Below are positions 20,089 through 28,902 of a stretch of DNA of 64,000 nt, in pieces. Source of the DNA: an uncultured Desulfobacterales bacterium (GTDB taxonomy: Bacteria; Desulfobacterota; Desulfobacteria; Desulfobacterales; CAJINA01); assembly GCA_964636125.1 (NCBI GenBank), contig CAZWPX010000016.1:987-64986 (forward strand). Reading direction: 5' to 3'. Numbering within the stretch: position 1 is the stretch's first letter; the number at the start of each line of letters is the position of its first letter. The notes under the pieces are model-generated. The model ran no database searches and had not been told where the DNA came from. It saw only the letters and a program-made list of their open reading frames with translations. The position numbers and the translations under genes were made by a program.

Positions 20089-20853
20089 ATGTCAGGATAT
20101 ACGACACCCGCTCTTTTACTCCGGCGGATCAATTACGGGGATCATGACCTGATCATCAACCTGTTCACGCTTGAACGCGGCAAGATCGCCGTCATCGCCA
20201 AGGCGGCCAAAAAGAGCGTCAAGCGCTTTGGTGGTATTCTGGAGCTGTTTTCAGACTTGGAAATTGTCGTCAATCCCGGTCGGGGCAAGGGGCTGCCGGT
20301 GTTGCAGGAGGCCACTTTGATCCAGCCCTACACTGCTATAAGGTCGGATGTGGTCAAGACTGCCTATGCCAGCTACTGGTCGGAGCTGGTCAACACCTGG
20401 GTGGAAGAGTATGAGCGGCAGGACCTGATATTCAACCTTCTCAGGCATGTAATCAGTGAACTTGACCGGGGCGTAAAAGGGACCCGGGCCCTTTCAATCC
20501 TGTTCCAGATTCGTTTCATGGCACTGTCAGGCCTGGCCCCGAACCTGGCAAACTGCAGTCGCTGCGGACTGCCGCTTGAGAAGATCGCAGCGCCCCAGGT
20601 TCATTTCAGCCTCTCGGCGGGAGGACTTGTCTGTGACGCCTGCGGTTCACATTCCGACCGGCGGGTGGCCCTGTCACGGGGCACGCTGAAACAGTTGGCC
20701 TGGATCCAGCGGCGTGATTTAGAAAAAGCCCTGCGGTTGCAATTTTCGGAGTCATCCCTGGATCAGGGCCTGGCGCTGTGCGAAGCGTTTGTGCCCTATC
20801 ATCTCGGCAAGGAGCCGAAAAGCCTGAGATTTCTCAGGCAGGTGAGACCGTAA
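20089..20853 (+). CDS. recO: DNA repair protein RecO
   Basis: LRRINYGDHDLII..FT..GKI..IAKAA; Zn motifs CSRC and CDAC. Confidence 0.93.
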   Translation: MSGYTTPALLLRRINYGDHDLIINLFTLERGKIAVIAKAAKKSVKRFGGILELFSDLEIVVNPGRGKGLPVLQEATLIQPYTAIRSDVVKTAYASYWSELVNTWVEEYERQDLIFNLLRHVISELDRGVKGTRALSILFQIRFMALSGLAPNLANCSRCGLPLEKIAAPQVHFSLSAGGLVCDACGSHSDRRVALSRGTLKQLAWIQRRDLEKALRLQFSESSLDQGLALCEAFVPYHLGKEPKSLRFLRQVRP

Positions 20854-20920
20854 TCGCACCCGGTTTTGGCTGAAACCCGAAAGAGTTATTAACCTTAATC
20901 CTTAAAACTGGGACAAGAGT

Positions 20921-21997
20921 ATGTACCGATCAGTACGGCGCTTTCTTGAAGGAAACGGGCCTGTGGAGGCCTCGGCACCGGTGCGTGTGGACCTGGGCGG
21001 TACCCTGGATATCAGCACACTGCATTATCCGCTCAGGCACTTGCAGCCGGAAACCTTTAACGCTGCCATTGGCCTGCGGACTGCGGTTTGGCTGCGTCCT
21101 TTCTCGGATGGAAAGATCAAGGTGTCGTCGCGTGGATTTTCCGAGGCTGTTTTTGAACCGGGCCGCGCCCCGTTCAAACATCCCCTCGGACTGATGTTTG
21201 CCGTAGCCTGCTATTTTGGGGTGACCGGTCTGCACATTGATATTATGTCAGCCTCGCCACCTAAAAGTGCCCTGGGTGGCTCTTCATCCGCGGCTGTCGC
21301 CCTGGTATCCGCCTATGGGCATCTCATGCAGGCTGAACGGGGGCATGTACCTTTTGGCCGGGACCAGGCCGCGCTGCTGGCCCATCATATTGAAGCCGGC
21401 GTGGCCGGTGTTCCCTGCGGATTGCAAGATCAGTTGGCCGCGGCCTACGGCGGTATTCATGCCTGGGCCTGGCAGGCCGACCCGGCCGGACCGGGTTTTA
21501 TCCGCAAGCCGTTGCTAACCGGAGAGGGGCACCCCTGGTTTGAGCAGCGCGTGCTGCTGGCCTATTGTGGTATGCCGCATGAATCCCGGGATGTGAACAG
21601 CCGCTGGATCGCACAGTTTCTCGAAGCCCGGACCCGTCCCGAGTGGTGTGAAATTGTGGACTGTACCAGAGGCTTTATTGATGCTATGGAACAGGGTGAT
21701 TCTGATGCAGCCGTGCGGTGGATGAACCGTGAAAACCATATCCGGCAGAAAATGACGGCGGATGTGCTGGATGCACTGGGAAGTCGTCTCTGCAAGGCGG
21801 CGGTTGCTGCGCAATGCGGCGCCCGGTTTACCGGGGCCGGTGGTGGCGGCTGTGTTTGGGCAATGGGGCGCACTCAGAATATCCACACGCTGGAAGCCAC
21901 GTGGGCAGAGCAAGTTAAAACAGTTGACAGCGCCCAATTGCTGGATGTTGTGATCGATAAACAAGGCGTCGTTGTGAACAACGAATTGCTAATTTAA
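20921..21997 (+). CDS. GHMP-family sugar kinase (HddA/heptose-7-phosphate kinase-like)
   Basis: SAPVRVDLGG..D, PPKSALGGSS, GLQDQLAAAYGG, GARFTGAGGGG. Confidence 0.82.
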   Translation: MYRSVRRFLEGNGPVEASAPVRVDLGGTLDISTLHYPLRHLQPETFNAAIGLRTAVWLRPFSDGKIKVSSRGFSEAVFEPGRAPFKHPLGLMFAVACYFGVTGLHIDIMSASPPKSALGGSSSAAVALVSAYGHLMQAERGHVPFGRDQAALLAHHIEAGVAGVPCGLQDQLAAAYGGIHAWAWQADPAGPGFIRKPLLTGEGHPWFEQRVLLAYCGMPHESRDVNSRWIAQFLEARTRPEWCEIVDCTRGFIDAMEQGDSDAAVRWMNRENHIRQKMTADVLDALGSRLCKAAVAAQCGARFTGAGGGGCVWAMGRTQNIHTLEATWAEQVKTVDSAQLLDVVIDKQGVVVNNELLI

Positions 21998-22015
21998 ACA
22001 AGTTGAGGACAATCA

Positions 22016-22888
22016 ATGAATTTTCAGGATGTAATTTCAGCATTAAACAATTTTTGGGGCAAAAAAGGCTGTGTCCTGGCCCAACCTTATGACCTGGAAG
22101 TAGGGGCCGGCACCTTCCACCCAACCACTTTGCTAAAATCCCTGGGCCCGGAGCCCTGGAATGTGGCCTATGTCCAGCCTTCCCGGCGGCCGACGGATGG
22201 CCGTTATGGTGAGAATCCAAACCGCCTGCAGCACTATTACCAGTACCAGGTTATTCTCAAACCCTCACCGGAATACTCCCAGGAGTTGTACCTGGAAAGC
22301 ATGAAGGTTCTCGGGGTCGATCCCCTGGAGCATGATATCCGCTTTGTTGAGGATGACTGGGAGTCGCCGACCTTAGGTGCCTCTGGGCTGGGCTGGGAGG
22401 TGTGGCTGGATGGCATGGAAATCACCCAGTTTACCTATTTTCAGCAGGCCGGCAGTATCGAGTTGTCGCCTGTCTGCGTGGAGCTGACCTATGGTCTGGA
22501 ACGAATTGCCATGTACCTGCAGGGTGTGGACAATGTCTATGACTTGAAATGGAATGACCGGATTTTATACGGCGACGTACATCACCAGCAGGAAGTTGAG
22601 CAGTCCACCTACAATTTCGAAGTGGCCAATGTGGATGCGCTATTTGATTTCTTCAACATGTACGAGGCCGAGGCCAAGCGGATCTTGGCGGAAAGGCAGC
22701 TCATCCTGCCGGCCTACGAGTATACCTTGAAGTGTTCACACTCCTTTAACCTGCTGGATGCCCGTGGTGCTATCAGTGTAACGGAGCGAACCGGCTATAT
22801 CGGGCGTATCCGCAACTTGGCCAGACACTGTGCCGAGGGCTACCTGGCGCAGCGGGAGGCCATGGGGTTCCCCCTGCTAAACCGGTAG
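22016..22888 (+). CDS. glyQ: Glycine--tRNA ligase alpha subunit
   Basis: [38 protein letters not shown]. Confidence 0.98.
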   Translation: MNFQDVISALNNFWGKKGCVLAQPYDLEVGAGTFHPTTLLKSLGPEPWNVAYVQPSRRPTDGRYGENPNRLQHYYQYQVILKPSPEYSQELYLESMKVLGVDPLEHDIRFVEDDWESPTLGASGLGWEVWLDGMEITQFTYFQQAGSIELSPVCVELTYGLERIAMYLQGVDNVYDLKWNDRILYGDVHHQQEVEQSTYNFEVANVDALFDFFNMYEAEAKRILAERQLILPAYEYTLKCSHSFNLLDARGAISVTERTGYIGRIRNLARHCAEGYLAQREAMGFPLLNR

Positions 22889-23022
22889 TAATTCGATCGG
22901 TAAGAAACCGGTTAAAGGCTGCTGATGCCCTGAGTGTGGTAAGGCAAGGCCCGCATCTTTAACCGTTCAATTTCCATGCCGCCGGGCTGATAAAGGCGGA
23001 CGCATGTAACGACGAGGAGCTT

Positions 23023-25101
23023 ATGAATACTTTACTACTTGAAATTGGGGCTGAAGAAATTCCGGCCGGATATATCCAACCCGCCCTTAAGGCGCTGGCG
23101 GAAACACTGTCAGCGAAACTGGAGAAGGCCCGTATCGGCCATGGCGCGATCGACACGTATGGTACACCGCGACGCCTGGCGGTTATGGTGGCGGATGTAG
23201 TCGGTAAACAGCAATCGGTAACCACAGAAATGCTCGGCCCACCCCGAAAAATTGGCTTTGACGACAAGGGTAATCCCACCGTGGCCGCCGAGAAATTTGC
23301 AGAGAAAGCCGGTGTCAAAGTGGGCAGTCTTAAAACCAAAGAGAAGGAAAGAGGGATCTACCTTTTCGCTAAAAAACTCGAACGGGGCGTGGCCACCTCG
23401 ACGGTGCTTAAACAGATTTTGCCCGGGATCATTCTCAACACACCCTTTCCCAAAACCATGCGCTGGATGGACCTGGATATTGCTTTTGCCCGGCCGATGC
23501 ATTCGATCCTGGCCCTGCTGGGGGATCGGGTTGTCTCTTTTACGGTGGGCAATGTTAAAAGTGGGCGCTATACCAGGGGCCACAGCTTCATGTACCCCAA
23601 GAAGATAAAGATCCAGCATCCGGACGAATATATTGAGACCTTGCGGCAAGCCAGCGTGATTGCAGATATTGCCGAGCGCAGGGCCATGGTCGAAGAGCAG
23701 GTCGCCGCAGAAGCCCGGACATCGGGCGGAGCTGTTTTGGAAGACCCCGAACTTGTGGATATCGTCACCAACCTGGTCGAGTATCCCCTTGCGACCGCCG
23801 GCGGGTTTGAAGCTGAATTTCTGGAAGTCCCCCGGGAGGTTCTCATCACAGCCATGCGGGAACACCAGAAATATTTTGCGGTGATCGACGCCAGCGGCGA
23901 CCTGATGCCTAAATTCATCCCGGTCAACAACACCCGGACCCGGGATATGGCCCTGGTGGCTACCGGGCATGAACGGGTTCTGCGGGCCCGCTTGAGTGAC
24001 GCCAAATTTTTCTACAATGCCGATGTGCAGATTCCGGTTGAAGAGCGCGTTGCCAAACTCAATGGGGTTCTGTTCCAGGCCAAACTGGGATCCATGTACG
24101 CCAAAACAGAGCGTATCGGTGGCCTGGGAGGATTCCTGGCAGATGCGGTTGGCGGTGATGCGCAGCTGAAAACTGATTTTGGCCGGGCCGCCCGGCAGTG
24201 CAAATCAGACCTGGTCAGCCAGGTGGTGGTGGAGTTCCCAAAATTGCAGGGGGTGATGGGCCGTGTCTACGCCGTTGTGGCCGGCGAGAACAGCGAGGTG
24301 GCCGCCGCCATCGAAGAGCACTACCGGCCGACCCGCTCCGGCGGCGCATTGCCGGAAACGGCAACCGGTTCGTTGTTGAGCATCGCCGACAAGATCGATT
24401 CCATCTGCGGCTGCTTTTCCGTCGGTCTTATCCCCACCGGCGCGGCAGACCCCTACGCCCTCAGGCGCCAGGGTATCGGTGTGATCCAGATCATGCGGGC
24501 CCGGGAGTTTGCTTTTTCACTGAAGTCTTTGATCAAATTCGGCATCGAACAGTTCGGGGACAAGGTGGCCGCAAACGTCGCTGATGTGACCGACCAGATT
24601 TATGTATTTCTGCAGCGCCGGATTGCCCGGATTCTGGTGGACGAAGGCTTTTCCAAGGACGTGGTCGCAGCGGTGACCAGTGTCTCCGTGGATCACATTC
24701 CACATGTCTGGAAACGGGTTCAGGCCCTGGAAACACTCAAGGGGGCCGCAGATTTTGAGCCGCTGGCAGTTGCTTTCAAGCGGGTTGCCAATATCATGAA
24801 GAAATCCGGCCAGGCCGCAGGAGATTCAGTGGACCAGTCCCTGTTTAAGGATACGGCTGAAACAGACCTGTTCAAGGCTGTACAGGCCGTCCGGCAGGAA
24901 GTAGCCGGGTGCCTGGAAAGCGGTAATTTTGACAAGGCCCTGGCCCGCATTGCTTCCCTGAGGCCCGCGGTTGATGTGTTTTTTGACGAAGTACTTGTCA
25001 TGGCAGAGAATGAAAGCCTGCGCAGCAACCGGCTATCATTGCTGGGTTCCATCGTGGACCTGTTCGATCAGTTTGCTGATTTTACCAAGCTGTCTACCTA
25101 A
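23023..25101 (+). CDS. glyS: Glycine--tRNA ligase beta subunit
   Basis: LLLEIGAEEIP, TPRRL, HQKYF, ARLSDAKFF, EFPKLQGVMG, DPYALRR. Confidence 0.97.
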   Translation: MNTLLLEIGAEEIPAGYIQPALKALAETLSAKLEKARIGHGAIDTYGTPRRLAVMVADVVGKQQSVTTEMLGPPRKIGFDDKGNPTVAAEKFAEKAGVKVGSLKTKEKERGIYLFAKKLERGVATSTVLKQILPGIILNTPFPKTMRWMDLDIAFARPMHSILALLGDRVVSFTVGNVKSGRYTRGHSFMYPKKIKIQHPDEYIETLRQASVIADIAERRAMVEEQVAAEARTSGGAVLEDPELVDIVTNLVEYPLATAGGFEAEFLEVPREVLITAMREHQKYFAVIDASGDLMPKFIPVNNTRTRDMALVATGHERVLRARLSDAKFFYNADVQIPVEERVAKLNGVLFQAKLGSMYAKTERIGGLGGFLADAVGGDAQLKTDFGRAARQCKSDLVSQVVVEFPKLQGVMGRVYAVVAGENSEVAAAIEEHYRPTRSGGALPETATGSLLSIADKIDSICGCFSVGLIPTGAADPYALRRQGIGVIQIMRAREFAFSLKSLIKFGIEQFGDKVAANVADVTDQIYVFLQRRIARILVDEGFSKDVVAAVTSVSVDHIPHVWKRVQALETLKGAADFEPLAVAFKRVANIMKKSGQAAGDSVDQSLFKDTAETDLFKAVQAVRQEVAGCLESGNFDKALARIASLRPAVDVFFDEVLVMAENESLRSNRLSLLGSIVDLFDQFADFTKLST

Positions 25102-25116
25102 AAGGAGTAATGAGTT

Positions 25117-25371
25117 ATGCCGTATGATCCTGAGATGGATAAGAGACTGAAAGAGTGGAAATGTGAAGAGACGGGCCTGGTGCTGGCCATCCACCGTTAT
25201 GGTGAAGGTGAAGCCAAGCTCCAGATAGGGCCGCGCATTCTAAAGAAGAAAGACGGCTCGCCCCGGGCGCCCGTGAAGGCCGGCCGCCTGACCATCGAAG
25301 ATGTCCTGTGGTTCTATGACGTGATCGACGAAGTAAAAGAGGAGCTGCAGAATTTGGCAGGGCCGCTTTAG
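25117..25371 (+). CDS. Small hypothetical protein, possibly PC4/YdbC-like fold
   Basis: AAGGAG RBS; predicted beta-strands followed by a C-terminal amphipathic helix. Confidence 0.75.
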   Translation: MPYDPEMDKRLKEWKCEETGLVLAIHRYGEGEAKLQIGPRILKKKDGSPRAPVKAGRLTIEDVLWFYDVIDEVKEELQNLAGPL

Positions 25372-25450
25372 AAACCAGCTTAATGCAATGAAAAAGCGTC
25401 ATGCTGCAGGGACAGAACCCGGGCTGGTGCTTTTTTTATAGAGTACTCTC

Positions 25451-26206
25451 ATGAAGAACACTTTCAACGCGATTGTCAACCCGGTGATACCGAAAAAGGC
25501 GCCGATTCCGGGCGAGACAGCCATCCTGGTCAGCAGTGAGAGCGATCTCATCGCCTTAACACGCGGCCTGGTTGAACAAAACGCCAACCCGCGTAAGCTT
25601 TTTATGAGCCGGCACTATCTGGGAGGCTGCGGAGGAAAGCGGATTAGCCTGGTTGGCCCCATCATGGGGGCACCCTATGCAGTCGCCCTTCTGGACACGC
25701 TGGCTGCCTGGGGGGTTCAGCGATTCCTGTTCCTGGGTTGGTGCGGTTCGATAGTGGCGCAGGTGCGCATCGGTGATATTGTGATGCCGGAGCGTGCCTT
25801 TATTGACGAAGGGACTTCCCGGCATTACCAGGTTAGCGAAGAAGTGTCACGCAGGCCGCCGGGAGACCTGCCCGATCTGGTTGCCGGAGCCTTTGGTCAG
25901 GCCGGTATTGCCCATCACAGCGGTGCTGTCTGGACCACGGATGCGATTTACCGGGAAACTGAACAGCAGGTCAGGCGTTTTCAGGAAAAAGGAGCCCTGG
26001 CGGTTGAAATGGAAGTGTCAGCCCTTTATTCCGCAGCGCAGTTCCGGGGGGTTGAACTCTGCAGTGTTCTGGTGACGTCCGATCTCCTCCATGATATGCG
26101 CTGGCAGCCGGGGTTCCGGGACAGCCGATTTAAAGCGGCCCGCGCATCTATCCAAGGTGCACTCATAAAGATGTTAGCCAGCCAACAGGACTCCGGGGAT
26201 GGATAG
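25451..26206 (+). CDS. Nucleoside phosphorylase (PNP/UDP family)
   Basis: MGAP, GWCGS, DEGTSRHY, VWTTDAIYRET, AVEME, SD motifs. Confidence 0.9.
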   Translation: MKNTFNAIVNPVIPKKAPIPGETAILVSSESDLIALTRGLVEQNANPRKLFMSRHYLGGCGGKRISLVGPIMGAPYAVALLDTLAAWGVQRFLFLGWCGSIVAQVRIGDIVMPERAFIDEGTSRHYQVSEEVSRRPPGDLPDLVAGAFGQAGIAHHSGAVWTTDAIYRETEQQVRRFQEKGALAVEMEVSALYSAAQFRGVELCSVLVTSDLLHDMRWQPGFRDSRFKAARASIQGALIKMLASQQDSGDG

Positions 26207-28331
26207 AATCAAAAAACAGGTTGCCGAGTTAGAGAAGTATAATCAGGCCTACCGTGCGGGGGAAGCTCTCATCAGCGACAGAGACTATGATCGACTGGTG
26301 GAGGAGCTGCGCGCCGTTGATCCAGAAAATCCCTTTCTCCAAAGGGTCGAGCCGGAACTGTTTTCATCCCGCCGGGAGATTCGCCATTCGGCCCCCATGC
26401 TTTCCACAGAAAAGGCCTATACTGAAGAGGCGCTGGCCCGCTTCGTTGCCCGCGTGGAAAAAGCGGCCGGCGAGATTGGGCAGCTTAAAGTTCTTTTCCG
26501 GGTTACGGTCAAGCTGGACGGTCTGGCCGGCAGGGATGACGGGGCGATCTTTGTTTCCCGGGGCAACGGCGAAGTGGGGTACGAGATCAGCAGTGCTTTT
26601 GAGAAAGGGATTGTCCCGGTGGGTGGGCGCGGACACGGGCTTGGCGAAATCGTCATGCTCAAATCCTATTTTGAAAAGCACATGCGGGGCGCCTTCGAAC
26701 ACCCACGTAACCTGGTTGTGGGCATTGTAACATCCGATCGTCTGAATGAACACGCCCAGAAGGGCCTGGCAGACAATGCCGTTCATTTTGTTCCATATGT
26801 AAACCTGCCGGCCTGGAAGGGCCGTGGGATCGAACTGGTGAATAACCTGGAAACCATCCGAACGGATTTACTGGCCGATGTTGACTACCCCCTGGACGGC
26901 CTTGTGGCAGAAGTGATTGATGACCGGCTCAAAGCGCACATGGGGGCTACCAGCCACCACTACCGCTGGCAGATCGCCATCAAGACCAAAGGCGCCACCG
27001 CAGTGACCCGGGTGGAACGGCTCACCTGGCAGGTGGGGCGGACCGGCAATGTGACCCCGGTCATGGGAGTTACGCCTACCAGCCTCTCCGGGGCGACTAT
27101 CCGTCGGGTGACCGCCCACAACGCCGGCTTGGTCAGAAAGCAGCAGATAGGACCGGGGGCGGAAATTGAAATCATCCGTAGCGGTGAGGTGATTCCTAAG
27201 CTTGAAAAGGTCATTTCGCCGGCAGCGGCGGTTGAATTCCCGCAGATCTGCCCGTCTTGTCAGACAGACTTGGAATGGCACAACGATTTTTTAAGATGCC
27301 CCAACCGGGACTTGTGCCGCTGTCAGGTGATCCAGGGCATTGTCTACTGGTTCCGGACGCTGGGCAATGCTGACTGGTTCGGATTGAAAACCGTTGAGAG
27401 AATGGTGGACGGCGGTTACGACACCCTTGAACGAATTTATGCCATGACGGCAGATCAGTTTGCCGCCATGGGGTTTGGTCCGGTTCAGTCGGTGAATCTT
27501 GCCGAAGCGGTGGTCACTAGCCGGACCAAGGCTGTTGAAGACTGGCGATTGCTGGCGGCTTTCGGCATCTCCGATCTGGGCAAAGGGGACAGTCGCAAAC
27601 TGCTCAGGGTCTGGCCCCTTGAATTATTGCTCGAGGCCACCGAAGAGCAGATTGGTCGCATCCATGGATTCGGTAAATTGACCAGCAACAGCATCAGCGA
27701 CGCTCTTTCCCGCCGGTGCGAGGTGATCCGGGGGATACTTGCCCGTAACTTTTCGCTGGAGCGAACCCGGCCGGTGGCCGTAGATTTTCTCACCGCATTG
27801 GGTTTCCTGGAGGGTATCGACTTTCTGGAAGGGGCGACCCAAAAAGAAAAGAAAGAGAAAAAGGAAATATTAACAATCAGAATGGCGCGGGAGCTGTCCT
27901 TAGAGCAAATCGGCACAGCAGACACAGGCGTGCTCATCGACGCTTGCCGGGGTGATCGAGCCCTGACGGCATTGGTTGAAAAGGGGCTGCAGAACGTTTC
28001 TAAAATCCTGATTAAGGCTGCTGATATGCCTGTCAAATGGATTTACCCGGAGGGGTCAAAGAGAGGGGAATCTGATGCAGATACCCCTTTCCCCCTGGCT
28101 GGAAAACGCATTGTATTCACCGGGAAAATGGCAAAAGGCTCAAGAGGAGAGATGAAGGCCGAAGCGCGACGACTCGGCGCACAGATCCAGGCATCCGTTA
28201 GCGGTAAAACCGATTATGTCATTTGCGGAGAAAAAGTCGGGGCGACCAAGCTTGCCAAAGCCGCGAAAGTCGGTGCCCGGGTCATTTCCGAGGCTGATTA
28301 TTTTCAATTGATCGAAACCGGATCCATTTAA
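26199..28331 (+). CDS. ligA: NAD-dependent DNA ligase, divergent LigA-like
   Basis: AYRAGEALISDRDYD (domain Ia), MLSTEK, adenylation KLDG, SRGNG, PRN, DGLV, WQVGRTG, RSGEVIP, C4 Zn finger, HhH motifs, C-terminal BRCT (VFTG..SVSGKTDYVICG..KL.KA). Confidence 0.88.
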   Translation: MDRIKKQVAELEKYNQAYRAGEALISDRDYDRLVEELRAVDPENPFLQRVEPELFSSRREIRHSAPMLSTEKAYTEEALARFVARVEKAAGEIGQLKVLFRVTVKLDGLAGRDDGAIFVSRGNGEVGYEISSAFEKGIVPVGGRGHGLGEIVMLKSYFEKHMRGAFEHPRNLVVGIVTSDRLNEHAQKGLADNAVHFVPYVNLPAWKGRGIELVNNLETIRTDLLADVDYPLDGLVAEVIDDRLKAHMGATSHHYRWQIAIKTKGATAVTRVERLTWQVGRTGNVTPVMGVTPTSLSGATIRRVTAHNAGLVRKQQIGPGAEIEIIRSGEVIPKLEKVISPAAAVEFPQICPSCQTDLEWHNDFLRCPNRDLCRCQVIQGIVYWFRTLGNADWFGLKTVERMVDGGYDTLERIYAMTADQFAAMGFGPVQSVNLAEAVVTSRTKAVEDWRLLAAFGISDLGKGDSRKLLRVWPLELLLEATEEQIGRIHGFGKLTSNSISDALSRRCEVIRGILARNFSLERTRPVAVDFLTALGFLEGIDFLEGATQKEKKEKKEILTIRMARELSLEQIGTADTGVLIDACRGDRALTALVEKGLQNVSKILIKAADMPVKWIYPEGSKRGESDADTPFPLAGKRIVFTGKMAKGSRGEMKAEARRLGAQIQASVSGKTDYVICGEKVGATKLAKAAKVGARVISEADYFQLIETGSI

Positions 28332-28390
28332 ATCCAAAATTCAGCCCCTAAGCAAAAACTGTTCAAAAGGCATTTGCCTCAAACAGCTTA

Positions 28391-28431
28391 TTGTGAAATG
28401 TTTCATGTTTTCGGTGTGAAATAATGCATTG
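28391..28431. promoter_or_regulatory. Putative Rex-type operator(s) upstream of acylphosphatase
   Basis: TTGTGAAATGTTTCATGT resembles TTGTGAA-N4-TTCACAA; weaker second site GTGTGAAATAATGCATTG. Confidence 0.4.
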
Positions 28432-28560
28432 TGGGCTCTATCACGATATGATAGCTTCTTAATCGAAATAGGTTTTGGATGTCAGTAGTTTGTTTATACC
28501 CTCAATTCAATCCATCGCGACTGATTTCTTTTTAATATTTAAGGTTAAGGGCTTCGTAAT

Positions 28561-28842
28561 ATGGAAGCAAATGCAAGGGCACATGTCATCATACATGGAC
28601 GGGTCCAGGGTGTATTCTTCCGCCTGGAAACCCAGAAGGCGGCACACCGGTTCGGGGCCACCGGCTGGGTCCGCAATCTTCAGGACGGCAATGTCGAAGC
28701 GGTCATGGAGGGCACTTCGGAGGCTGTAGACGCCCTTTTAAACTGGTGTCGTCAAGGGCCCCGGATGGCCCGGGTCGACAAGGTGGATGTTACCCGGGAA
28801 TCGTATACCGGTGAGTTTGAAAGCTTTGAAGTGATGTACTAA
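28561..28842 (+). CDS. acyP: Acylphosphatase
   Basis: GRVQGVFFR, GWVRN..DG.VE, WCRQGP..ARV. Confidence 0.95.
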   Translation: MEANARAHVIIHGRVQGVFFRLETQKAAHRFGATGWVRNLQDGNVEAVMEGTSEAVDALLNWCRQGPRMARVDKVDVTRESYTGEFESFEVMY

Positions 28843-28902
28843 AGGCCTTTGAGTGAATTTGACCAAATGCCCGCGGTCTGCCGATAAATTACTTTAGAAG
28901 TC

